Below are positions 11,249 through 22,927 of a DNA stretch of 64,000 nt, piece by piece. Origin of the DNA: Leidyana gryllorum EB-2025a (taxonomy: Eukaryota; Protista; Apicomplexa); NCBI GenBank assembly GCA_048772705.1, contig JBLWGC010000230.1, positions 62,001 to 126,000 on the forward strand. Direction: 5' to 3'. The translations under genes and the position numbers were made by a program. The notes beneath the pieces were generated by a model. The model had not been told where the DNA came from and ran no database searches. It worked only from the letters and a program-made list of their open reading frames with translations. Each line of letters opens with the position of its first letter. The first letter of the stretch is position 1.

Positions 11249-13203
11249 TTATTTTCGATCCGTGTCACTGAAAAGAGTAGTTGTTAACCAGAGGATTGGC
11301 TTACTGAACTCATTTTGAGTCTCATCCGCCAACCATTTACGGAGTTGGGGATTTCTTGCCAATGCAGCCTTATATTTACCCTCGCTTCTCGATTTCCCAT
11401 CTTCACTACCACGCGGCTTAGATTGATCTCGCCCTTTGCCATTGAATAGCCATCCAGCGAGCGAAGAGTTTGGAAGGCTGTGTGGTCCGTGTATCCTATT
11501 TTGCTGAGCGGCTGGAGAAGACACAGGACTTCCGTCGCTCAGCAGTCGGCCGAGCGGGTCCTCTCGACGAGTAGTCGCTTTGAGTACCCGAGTCTCGAGC
11601 CGGGTGTGCAACTTGTCTATGTGAGCTGTAACGCTCATAAGCGCCTGTTTCTGTGGGTCTTGGTATCTCCAATAAGCCCGACAGTATATGAACAACGCCC
11701 CGGCAATGCACAACCAACGAATTTTCCTGTACTTGGCTTGTAGGGTGACTCATTCTTTCCTTCTTACGTGATCAGCGCCTTGGCGAGCGCTCTATCGTCT
11801 TCGAAAACCACAAAGAATCCAGCAATGGTGTCAGCAGAGCGCAGCTGCATCTCGTACGTATAATCACACATACTCGACTCTTGCACCCATCGGAACCATT
11901 TCCAATCCTGAGCCGCTCCGTACCCCGCACATGCGCAAATGGAGCGGACAAAGAGCCCCAGTACCCAGCGGAAAAGCGGCCAGCCCCCGTTGCCGATTGA
12001 CACGAGCCATGGGGCTGATCTCAATACACCAAACTCCACCAGGGCCATCCCAGTCCAAACTGGAGTGTCATTCAATGTGATACCAGCCGATGAATAATGA
12101 GGAGTTCGAGGGTGGGGAGGTACGGTGCACAGAGAGCTTACGGAAGTATAGTTCCACACGGGCTCCCGCCGTTTTGGGACTGGTGGTCATATAGTGGGAG
12201 AGGAAGATGAGGAACCCATAGAGTAGACACGTTTGAAGATCAAAGAGTTGGCCTATTCGAAGAGTTTGAGGTGGGATGCTGCAAACATACTTCGGATGAA
12301 TTGATGGAATTGAGTGATGCGATGGAAAGCATCGAATAGATCACTGAAGACTTGGCGTACTTGCGCGTGTTCGCGAGTGACCTCGTCTTGTATATCATCA
12401 AATGCATCTTGCAGGGCCTTGTGGCCGCCTTCAATGGTCGCTTGGATCCGGAGAGTGTCGGTTAGTAGTAGTTGTTGATGGTGGAGTGCGACTTGTTGAC
12501 CGTAAATCAGCTCTTCGTGCTGGTCATGAGCCTGATCACTACATGGAGGGTGGTCGGCAGAGTATCTTTTTTTCTGCTCACAGCTGGGCGACAACTTGGC
12601 TAGCAGTTGAGGACAAGTCGCTCATCTGTGCTCAAAGTCTGATACATTGGATCAGCAGCGGGTTCGTACCAGGTGCTCGGCGCGTTGTTGCCAGAGCGCG
12701 GCGTGAATGTGGAAACAGACCGCTTCTGGTGTCGGCACGAACATTATTAAGAGTGGCGTGCGGATCGGGTATTTACCGAGATGGTTATAGAGTTCCATGT
12801 ACAGCTGGAAGGTGAAATCATTGAGCGTAGTTATGCAATGAGCTATGCTTTGTTCAGTATAGTCAGGTCCATTTTTGAAATCGCAATCATTGGCAATTGA
12901 GGTATGGCGACCTCGGGATGCTTCGTGGCAATAGGCCATGCTGACAGCCATCATCTACAGACAGTGGTTCACGGCGAAGAAGTCTAGACGACTTGCCTTC
13001 TTATCTGGATCGTCAAATGTCGCACAGGGGTCACTGGGGTTGGGGGGATGCTGCAGCAGAGGGGAGTCATGGTGGCGTTTGCGCAAGATATCGAACGCAG
13101 ATTCCCAGCAATGGCCTGTGATTGCCGTTGGAAGGTTGCGGGGAGGGGTGGCAATGGAGTTAGCAGTCGCTGAGCCCAGAAGAAGAGGTCTTAGAAGCCT
13201 CAT
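11249..13203 (-). CDS. GEX1: GEX1/KAR5/Brambleberry nuclear-fusion protein, multi-exon
   Basis: N-terminal signal. Cys-rich domain CWESAF..C..KKMMAVSMAYCHEASRGR..C..HCITTLNDFTFQLYMELYNHLEAVCFHIHAALWQQRAEHLV, then coiled coil and C-terminal TM segments. Confidence 0.8.
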
Positions 13204-13255
13204 CTGGAATTTTAGTGTGATGAAATTGTGAGTGCTGCCTCTCCTCTTCCAAAGT

Positions 13256-14949
13256 ATGGCCTACTATTCCCCAGTCCATGGGGTTCCTCGAACTCCGCCG
13301 GCTACACCTCCGTACACACCTGCTAGAAATGTTACACCACTGAAACGAGCAAGCGAAGCTGTTTATCCCACTCTGGGCGCAAGCCCCCCACAATACGCCT
13401 CCCACAACCTGCGAGCTGTCACGCCCCCTCCCCCTGTGCCATGGACCCCGCGTCATGTGGCTGAAGACGTATCACGCGCAATGGACCTCGCCGCCAACAA
13501 TAGGCGAGCGTACAGCTACTCAACCGGCACTGCGTCTCAACCGCATACAGCCAGGACTGGCCGCGAAGTTGAGCCTCTGCCGCCGTCTGTGGTCAGATCA
13601 GTTACTCCGCCCCCAAGCCAAGCGTCTGTGGATGAAGGGTGGGTTACAGTATCCACCCTGAACATGTCGCCCTTTATGATTCTCCGGATCAAAGCATTGA
13701 TCGAGCTTGCGGCGATTCAATCCTATCCTAGAAACGAGCAGGTACCTGTCCCGCCCCTATCATTGTTCATCTGTGAGCAGCTGCAAGTGCAAGTATCGGA
13801 GGTTCGAGCTCCGAAAACCTGTTTAACTCGGGGCAAGTCCCGAGAAATGGTGGAGCTTGAGGCGCTGACCTTGGCAGAGGATGAAGACGCTCGTTGCGTC
13901 GCCCTTCTCAACGCATTACTGGGACAGTCTCGTCAGGTGAAAAGACGAGCTTTCGGAGATGTTTTGCGAGAAGTTAACGACAAGTTCGAACGCGAGAGGA
14001 TAGCTATCTTACAACAACAAGTGGATGAGGATATGAAGTCCGGACTCCGTAAATCAAAATTGACTTTCAGCCCAGTGAGTCACCCCCGAAGGCTGTCTGA
14101 TCCTGCACGACGCAATCTGCGCACTGCACTCTGGTTGCTGCTGCACTCTGTTTGCTGCCGCTGATGACTGTCTTGACACACATTGTTCGCAGGGAGCATC
14201 TCTGATCTGTTTTGATAGCAGCGAGAAACCACGGAAGATCCGAGACAATCACGCGAAGCATTTCCACGAGTTTATAGCCCAGCAACAGCAAAGCCTGCAA
14301 GTGATGTCGACACCGTCACCTCCACCTGTGCGGCCTCCAACACCGAGTACCGCGACACCGTCACCGTCGATTCTGAAGGGAAGGTCTATATCAGAATCGC
14401 CCCCAGAAAGCATGACCGTAGGTCCTCGGTGAGTGTACGGAAGCGTCCTTTCACTGTGTTTGTTCCTGAGCCGCGCTCCTTCGACTTCCCAAGGTACACT
14501 GACTGCTTGTTAACTATGAGGTGATTGGACGAAAGCGCAGGAAGAGGGAGCGCGGATGGGAGACGTCACTGCTTCTCAATTTCTCATGCCCCTCTCCTTG
14601 GCGCCGCTTCCGCAGGCTGCCGCCTTTTGGATTGCCCGTTTATGTCCCTAACCATGCAGAGATTCGTTCAGTAGCGTGAGATCGCTATATGATGGGACTC
14701 CTCAACAGCAGCACCAGTTACAACAATCGCCCATGGCCTCGCCCACTTATTACACAACTGCGCTGGCGCCGCCGCTCGCGTACCATTACGCAAGCGCGGC
14801 CTCCACTCCAACATCGTCCACTTCGACGACCACAACTGGCACACTGTGAGTGCGCACTACTCCCTTCCCATCTGTTGGCAGCGGTCTCTATTAGACTGGC
14901 CGCTATTGATGCCTGGCTGGGACGAGTACCTTCGTCGAGGTATTGGCTG
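13256..14949 (+). CDS. Hypothetical Pro/Ser/Thr-rich protein (many S/TP sites), multi-exon; 3' end uncertain
   Basis: ORF 13232-14164 plus downstream exons with GTGAGT donors. Confidence 0.45.
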
Positions 14950-15042
14950 ATGGTTTCAACCCAATGTTTTACCCCCCCGCAACACTCCTTTTGTGCTTCG
15001 CCAGGCGGTGCTAAAAAAAATTATTGCAAGTTATCACCGCAT

Positions 15043-17029
15043 ATGGCCTTCCCCTCTATCATTTTTAGCCATGCGGAGGCAAGATGGCCTGGCGAGATTA
15101 CCACATTCCGGGATCTTCACCGCCGCTTTGGTGCTGGGGACCAATACTCCGTAAGTAAAATCGTTCCATCCGCGATTGGGGGCTCACCAGGCCGCCTATG
15201 CCCAATGTGGGTGGCGTCCCTGTCGTCAATCTTTCTTGTTTGTTCGTTCACATATGATGGCCTCTTCTTAATTGCAGAGTCTGAGGACCATTGACAAAGT
15301 TGGGTATGTGAGTCAATGCGAGTTCTCGCGTTTCGACCACCAAGGCAATTTGTCACTTTCTGGGACGCACGATCACGATCAGACGCTATTAGTATGCGCA
15401 GGTTCACGCGTGAAATTCTTTGATGTAACAGGCTCGGGAAGCCCAGCTGACACATCCGCTGATACTTTCCCAGTGGTGGCAGAGTTAACGGATTTCACGA
15501 ATTTTGTCCATTGCTGCCGCTTTCGCTCAGGTGAGGAGAGATACCACCATGTCACTCCCTAATCAATCACATCTGTGCCGCAGATGGAAAGCTGCTTGTC
15601 GCTGGCGACGGAGACGGATGTGTGAAACTCATCCAAGCAGCTTCTAAGCGTAGTCTCCGTGTATATAAGGACTTCCACGAGAGACAGAAGGTCCGGGGAG
15701 TCGACTTCTCCAAACATCGCACCCTTGCTGTATCTGCTGGTGACGACCTCAAAGCGAACGTATTCGAGATAAGCACTGACACCCCCATTGCTACTGTCTC
15801 CAACATCCACTCCGATAGTATCACTCTTCTCAATTGCTCTCCCGTTCATCCGGACAATTTTATGACGGGATCGATCGATGGGACCGTAAAAGTGTGGGAT
15901 ATCCGAGAATTGGGTCATTGCGTTTTGAGCCTCGATCATCAAGAATTAGGTGGTGCGAAAGGTGTTACAAGTGCAAAGTACTCACTGGACGGCACCCTGC
16001 TGGTCTGCGCGGCGGGAAACACGATATGTTTGTGGGATACCAGGTCACCCTCCCGGCCTTTGCGCAGTTGGACTCAGCATATGGGCGCAGTGACCAGTTT
16101 GAGCGTCCTTCGTTCAGAGAATGAGCTTTCTCTTCTAACGGGGAGTACAGATCAGACGATAAAAGTTACTGATCTGTCGACAACCGAGAGCGATGATTAT
16201 GTGATCCGAAGCTCTCTCGCAGCCGAAGAGCCATTAACTGCAGTGGCTATGGATTCGCATAATCGTTACGTCGTCGCGGGAACCGAATCAGGGAACCTTC
16301 TTATGTGGAGAAATGGGACGCGGCTGTCGAAAACGGCTGATATGGAAGATGATGAAGCTTTCGTGGCAAAGCACAAGAAGGCTCAGGCACTCATCGGCCA
16401 TGCAGGAACAGCGCGGTTCTTCCAGAGAGGACGACAAGTCAAACCAAAAGCAGGTGATGAGGTCATAGAGGTGAGTGCATTTGGATTTTGCCCGCCTATA
16501 TGTAGAGGTGTTTCTCTCAATTAGGTGACAAGGGGGGGAGAGAGTCGACACTATCTACCAGGTCGCATAGAGAAGATGATGCGTCAGTTCGAGTACCAGA
16601 AAGCGCTAACCGAGGTGGTGAGATTAGGCAGCATAGAAGCCTTCCATGCGGTGATTGAGGAGCTCCTAGCACGTGGGGCATTGGACATTGCAGTACGGGG
16701 AAAGGATTTGGAGGAGTCGAAGAAGTTCTTGAGATTCTTCGCTAAACATTTGCTGAATATCAAGCCGCATTTGGCACAGTCTCTGTACCTCTGTGTTCAG
16801 AAATTCTTAGGTGGGTATCGGGTCAGCACACAGATAGATTTATTGACATCCCTTCTTCCCATCAGAGCACAATGGGGAGTGGTTGGGTGAAAACGGAGAC
16901 GAGTCCGTCGTGGTAGCCGTCCAGCGGACCCGCCAAGCCTTGCAGGTGGAGCTCAGTCGTCACGGCCCGTTCCTCGAAATAGAATCACTCCTTACCTCAC
17001 TTCTTTACGGCACAACTCCAGCGCAGTAA
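15043..17029 (+). CDS. UTP15: WD40 U3 snoRNA-associated protein UTP15
   Basis: CRFRS|DGKLLVAGD, TGSIDGTVKVWDIR, FFQRGRQ, and a UTP15-C-like region MRQFEYQKAL..VIEELLARGALDIAVRGKD. Confidence 0.85.
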
Positions 17030-17140
17030 TTGATCGATTGCAGTGCAACGTGCCTCCAATATATATTCATACACCGTCGCAATGCTGTTCTTACATTAGA
17101 ATGGGTAATTACTTATCCCTATGTTGACCAAAAAAACAAC

Positions 17141-18094
17141 ATGTTCTCTGCCCCAAGTAGACCATTGACTTTGACCGCCGAAGAGGAGAACCACATTCTC
17201 CACAGCGCCAAACGCTTGGATCCGTTCTCTGTTTCTCGGGTGCGAGAGGTGACGGAGGAGATCGAGCCCGATCCAGGCGGCTATGAAACAGGAGGGGGGT
17301 ATGAGACAACGAGTTCTTTCGCCAGTTCAGCCAGCACCCGGCGTCATCGTAAGAAAAGACGACGATTAGGACCTCAAACGGAAGCTTTTCTGGCGAATCC
17401 GTCGGACAAGCGTATCAAGTACGTGGGGCGCCGTCTCCGAAAGGCCCGATCGAAAGACGTTTTCCTGAAAGTCTACGACATCACCGAAGGACGAGCTGCC
17501 CAATGGCTCAAACCACTGCTCGGGTCGCAGATCGACGGAATTTGGCACACTGGTTTGGTATGCTTCAAGAAGGAGCACTTTTATTGTGAGTGCGGACAGT
17601 GTATGATGCGACTGACGAAACGATTATTTCAGGTGACGGTATCCAGAGTATGGTCTCGGATGTCGTCGAAGTCAAATTCACTATGACTCTGAAGGATGTC
17701 ATTTACTTGGGACGGACGCGCTTATCCCGGAAAGAGTTTAAAAGGTGCGTGACTGAAGATCGAGTGGCGACATTCTTTCCTCTGCAGGTATATTGCAACA
17801 CATCAAGAGGCGTTTTCACCCGAGAAGTACGACCTCATCAACTGGAATTGTAACCATTTTACTGTCAATGCCGTTCAAGCTCTCTTCCCCACACCCCATG
17901 AAACTTTCCGAGCCCACCGGAAGGGAGCTTCGTTCCCACGCGTTCCCGACTATGTAGTGAACCAACCCGATGAATTTATGTCTACGGTCCGAGGTCGGCT
18001 ACTGGTGTGGATGACGAAGAATGTGCTCGAAAAGGTCGATAACTTCCTCAACAAGCATTTCGCTCAGGGACTCGATGACATCATAGACCGGTGA
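17141..18094 (+). CDS. PPPDE/DeSI family peptidase (deSUMOylase/deubiquitinase)
   Basis: VFLKVYDIT, GIWHTGLV (catalytic His), and spliced YDLINWNCNHFT (catalytic Cys). Confidence 0.9.
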
Positions 18095-18225
18095 GATCTC
18101 TAATTTTGACGTCTCCATCCCACTTGTGCTCTCAGCTGGTTCAAACGTCGTTAGCCCGTTTGTTGTATTAATGATCACATCGGTGGAGTCACACGTGACT
18201 ATGGCGTGGAGGACTGAGTGACTTA

Positions 18226-18254
18226 TCACTCACTCACTCACTCACTAACTCACT
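18226..18254. repeat. (TCAC)n microsatellite
   Basis: tcactcactcactcactcactaactcact in an unusually long intergenic region. Confidence 0.85.
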
Positions 18255-18551
18255 GTCTCACGGCGGTGCTTCCGGAAAGTGCTGTGTGTGAAGTGTTCAC
18301 ATCGGATAACGCAACATTTCGACCGCTCGCGAGAGAAAGAGAGACGCGCCTGCTGCTGCTATCTCGCCACCCTCGGACTGGGAAGAGCAGATCTTGAGGT
18401 ACGGGGCGCGGGCTTTGCAGCAGTAGCAAGATTCTCGGGAGCTAGACTCTGATTCTCTCTTCTTAGACTCTCAAATTCATACTTTTTGGTTCCAATCTGT
18501 TTTGTTGTTCAACTAACGTGCGTCCGGCGGCTAGTTTCTCCCTCGATCTGA

Positions 18552-18926
18552 ATGCAAGATACACGACACGACCACTTGGGCACACAGGGGCAGCCCGAGA
18601 CCACTTCAATTCAATTCTTCCAGCGGCATGACCTCATAAGCGACGAGGGGGCGTCGTCCGCCTCAGACAGCGGAGTCAGTGCCGCCGCCATGGCCTACAA
18701 CGTGGGAAAAGAGTCAATTAGGGGCGCCCATAACAAGAGGGGATCCCTGCGACCACTGGTGGTGATGACAAAACGGTTCCCACCAACAAGTATCCCAATA
18801 GAAACTGTTGATCGGTTCGGCCATCCTTATTCAATGAGTCAAGTGGCGGCTGAGAGCCCGGACAGCCCCCAAAAGTGGTGTTGCTGTTGTATATCTATGT
18901 TTCGAAGCTCCCGCGTGCGACAGTGA
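18552..18926 (+). CDS. Small orphan protein with FQRxDLISDEGASS motif and C-terminal KWCCCC
   Basis: ATG ORF of 124 aa. The motif is shared with the next ORF with synonymous divergence. Confidence 0.6.
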   Translation: MQDTRHDHLGTQGQPETTSIQFFQRHDLISDEGASSASDSGVSAAAMAYNVGKESIRGAHNKRGSLRPLVVMTKRFPPTSIPIETVDRFGHPYSMSQVAAESPDSPQKWCCCCISMFRSSRVRQ

Positions 18927-19116
18927 CCGCTGGACGAGCAACGAGTAATTCGCAGCGCCCCTCCACCAAATTTGCGTCCCAATAGTGCCAAGAGGATTTC
19001 TCAGATAGGATGAAGAAATGGGAGGCCCGACCGTCCTTTAGTTGTTGGGCGGCCCACCAACCCCTTGAAGGGGAAAACCATATCAGCGTTTTGCAGCACT
19101 TTTCGACAGATCGCAG

Positions 19117-19929
19117 ATGATCACCACAACCCTTACAAATGCTGCCAACGACAAAGAACATGAAGCTGAGAAAAGCTCAGACGCTCCCTGCGCAAGCCGA
19201 GTGAATCCTGTGGTTCAGCATTTCCAGCGGAACGACTTGATAAGTGATGAAGGCGCCTCCTCTGAGAGCGACGACAATGATGGACCCAACCCCTTCATGG
19301 AGGTCGCTGCAGCACAATTACCGTCTCCGACCAGCGCGTTTGGAGGAGGAGGAGGAGTCAAGTCTCCTGTGATGTATGGTGCTTCCACCACACCGGCTGC
19401 TCTGTCGAGTTTGCGGTCTCAATTCAATCTGGGACCGCCTCTAACTGTTCCCAGTGCCGCCACGTCTCCGATGGAGGCCATGGTGCAGCAATGGCGCGGC
19501 GTCTCCAGCCTGAACGGCCCGCGCGCCGGATGGCAGTCGCCGTCGCAGAGCCCGTCTCCGAGCAGTGCGTCTCCGATGCAGATATCGATGATTCCCTACA
19601 ATCAAACAAGCTATGGGCGCATCAATTCTATGTCTGCTCAAGCAAGTTCGGTAGACTTTTCGCGAACAGGGCGCAACCATCATTCTATACTGGCACCGTC
19701 TCCACTGGTCAAACATTCTTTGGGCTTAGGAGAAATTACCCCTGACACATGGAGATGCTCAGGAACCACAAAGGCTGCCTCCAATGCGACACACTCTCCC
19801 ATGCGGGTCGACCACGACAGCCACATAGTCGGGCGGACCTATAATCGAGTATACTCGATGCCCGCCGCAAACCGCTCAGAGCCCTTGTGGTCCTCAAGTC
19901 GGAGTGCGGCCATCCACTATTATGCCTGA
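19117..19929 (+). CDS. Ser/Pro-rich orphan protein with FQRxDLISDEGASS motif
   Basis: ATG ORF of 270 aa carrying the shared motif. Confidence 0.65.
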   Translation: MITTTLTNAANDKEHEAEKSSDAPCASRVNPVVQHFQRNDLISDEGASSESDDNDGPNPFMEVAAAQLPSPTSAFGGGGGVKSPVMYGASTTPAALSSLRSQFNLGPPLTVPSAATSPMEAMVQQWRGVSSLNGPRAGWQSPSQSPSPSSASPMQISMIPYNQTSYGRINSMSAQASSVDFSRTGRNHHSILAPSPLVKHSLGLGEITPDTWRCSGTTKAASNATHSPMRVDHDSHIVGRTYNRVYSMPAANRSEPLWSSSRSAAIHYYA

Positions 19930-19978
19930 TGCTTGGGGGTGGGCGAGAGACCGCCAGCCAGCGCTCCCACGGCCGTAT

Positions 19979-20693
19979 TCAGTGTTTTCGGTTGTTCACA
20001 CCCCCGCGCGTTCGAGTGCTTTTCCCACTCTTGACTGATATTTTACTTCTCCTGCTGCCCTTCGAAGTGGCGGATCGGGTTTCGTGCAAGTTCCGATACT
20101 CCGCCATCTTGGCATCAAAATCGCTCGCCAAGGTTCTGAGCCTCGCCATAGCAAATCCCAGCGGGTCTGCCAGATAAGTTGCGTCTTCTAAAAGTGACAA
20201 CAATTCGTCCACCCCTCTGAGTTCGTCAATCTCAGTCTCCTTTCGTGTCAAGTTTGTCTTGTGGAGCTCTGATCGTAGTTGTCGGTACCGCTGCTCCTCT
20301 GTGAAATGGTAAAAGTTGAAATCAAAGATTCCCGACCAACTTTCAGCTCACCTTTCAATGCATCGAGCTTTTGGCTTTCTGCATTCAAAGCATCACTAAT
20401 AGCGCTCAGGTCGGCAAGAGCCTTGCCATGCTGCTTTATGTCGTCTGCGGCTTTCCCGCGCTTCTCTATCAGGTCTATCAAGGCTGCTTTCGCCTCCCGC
20501 CGCTCCTTAGCCTGCAGCCTTTTTCTCTTGGATCGGGCATACTGAGGCAAATCTCCTGAATCCTGACTTTTGGACTCTGAGGCCAAAGTCTGAGGGTTAG
20601 ACGTGAACTGTCGTCGTGATTGTCAACGGAACTCACTGGGAAAGGAGTCGACCTCGAGGCCACAGTTCGACTCGCCTTGCGAACTTTCGGCAT
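19979..20693 (-). CDS. SLX9/FAM207A-like ribosome biogenesis factor (three exons)
   Basis: Spliced MPKVRKASR..SKRKRLQAKERR..ALADLSAISDAL..LLEDATYLADPLGFAMARL resembles SLX9 (DLxxLxxAL; FxxNPLxAI). Confidence 0.5.
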
Positions 20694-20712
20694 TCCCAAA
20701 AAAAAAGTTACG
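20694..20712. promoter_or_regulatory. Putative minimal bidirectional promoter/initiator with A9 tract
   Basis: 19 nt between divergent ATGs: tcccaaaaaaaaagttacg. Confidence 0.45.
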
Positions 20713-22868
20713 ATGGGTGAGTGCTCATCTGGAGAGCTGATCGGGTTGCTGGGGGCGGAGAATGCACATTTGCGCGAGGAGGTACACCGATGCTATCATA
20801 CACACAGAGATCTAGGAGAACATCAAGCTCTCGAGGAGGAGAACGTGGAACTCCGAGAGCAGTTGGCACAGGCACGACAGGAACTTGATCGTCAGAACCA
20901 TCTTCAGTCCCATCACAACTCCCAGGCTATACTAAGGGGTAAGAGAAATTATGTCCACTACCACACCGGACCTCCTTCAGGCAGCACTGGAGCTTCGACA
21001 CGCCTTTCAAGAAGGACTTCAACAGTGGAAGAGCACAGAAACCAATGAGATCGTGGCCGAGACAGCTTTGGCAGTGCAGCATCAAGCCCGCGATGAAGTC
21101 TTGAGGCTCACGGCAGCTGTTGACGATCTCGAATTGGAACGCAAGAAGTCCCGCAAGATTATCGATGCATTGAAGGTGTCCTTGACGGAGAAAGAGGAAC
21201 AGATAATGGACTTGGAGAGGGAGGCTGCCGACCTCAGTGCTCAACGAAATGCTCTGGAAAGAGTGAACCGCGAACAGGTGCCTGACGCCCGCGTAGTGTT
21301 GGCCACTGCCGAGATCGTCGCTCTCAAAGAGGATAAAAAAGTGCTGTTGAGTCGATTCGCGGCCCTCGAGGAGTTGGGGGCGACCAAAGATAAAGAGATC
21401 ACCAACTTGCGCCTACGCTTAGGACAAGCGGAGAACTCCTTTTTGGCCGAGAGGAGGCAATTAGAATCTGTGATACGGCAGATCCAATCTACAGTGAGTC
21501 CATTATGCACTGCAATCACACCCGAACTATCTCTTGTTGTTTCCCCAAAGGTCTTAGAGCTCCAGAATGAGAATCTCTCCTTGAAGGAACGGTGTCAGAA
21601 ACACCGTAAGGAGATGCTGCAACTGGAAGACGACGGCCGCACGGAGTTGGACGGCCTGAGCAAAGAGCAGCAGGCGGCAAGAGGAGTGTTGGAGCGGCGG
21701 ATAGCCGACTTGCAGTCCGAGCTGACGGAAGCTTATGGTCTCGTGGACCACCGAAGCAAAGAGGTATGTGTGGTATTTGGCCAACCTTCATATTGCAAAC
21801 TCTTGGACAGCTGGCCGAGGCACAGAAACTGCAAAGTCAAAAAGAGGCTGAGATTAAGCTTCTGAGAGAGCAAGTTGCTGATCTCGAGGCTGAACTCGAA
21901 GTATTAAATGCGGTGAGCACACTGGACAGGGATTGGGTGTTCATTTTGACACCGCTGCCGTTTCATAGGATCCAAAACTCGGGGCGCTGAAGAAGCAGAA
22001 CGCGGAACTGCACCGTCAGCTCGCCGAGAGCCATTTACAGATAGCTCGCTCCGAAGGGCTCGTTCGCGAGCTGGAAGCAACTCAAGAAGAGAATGCGGAA
22101 TTACGAAGTCTGCTGACTGATGAGGCCGCGAGACGGCGCGCCAAGCATCATCACCACGAGACTTATCACCGCTGCACACGAGAGCCACGCGAATGTCTCG
22201 ACGACCGCGACTATCTGCAGGATACCAGCGGCACGGGTCTCCGGGAACCCATTGTGGTACCGCCACCACCCACTGCAGTTCCCTCTCAGCCTTCTCAAAC
22301 TCTGGGGCCCGGGTACTCGCCTGTGGTTTCTTTACTTTGTGCCGTCTACGGTGCCGCGATGGGCGTCTCCCAGGCCAACACGCCCATTGTGACGGTCCCT
22401 TTCAAAGGGTCAACCCATAGCGGCTTACTCGCTTTGGAAGCTCAAGGAGAGGTGGACTCGACGCAAGAGCGCTTCCGCTGTTACGGTCACCCTCTGCACT
22501 TGCGGATCCTCAATGGTACCCTCTTCGGTAAGGTGATTGCCGATATGTGAAATTAATGGTGTGGCTTATGACCAGTTGATCCCACGAGTACGAGCCCTGC
22601 GTTGCTACCGCCGGAATGCGGGAAACGGCCGATACCCTTTGCGGCGTTTCTGCAACGGTTCGTGGCTCCCGTTCAGCCCCAAGGCAACGAAAGATTGCTC
22701 AGGAGCGCCGATGTACATGTGCGCTGGCCACATCAAATAAGCCCAGTAGGAGGTCAGAGCACTGCCGGGATGGTTATCCGGTCAGAAGGGCACACGTCCC
22801 CGTCAGGACAGCGGCCCGTGGCTCATAGTAGATCAGTGTTGCGTTCGACTCCTTTGTTACCTCATTAG
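20713..22868 (+). CDS. Coiled-coil protein, multi-exon
   Basis: Heptad-rich E/L/Q/K exons at 20713-22120, then a Pro-rich tail. 3' end uncertain. Confidence 0.6.
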
Positions 22869-22927
22869 TAGGTTATGCTTCCATGTAATCTGGCCCGGCA
22901 ACTGTGAAATCGACAAACACAAACAGA

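Noticed and set aside
12952-12960. Stop-codon readthrough or alternative genetic code (in-frame TAG in GEX1)
   Set aside because: Explained by a GC-AG intron acceptor. Conserved genes here use the standard code.
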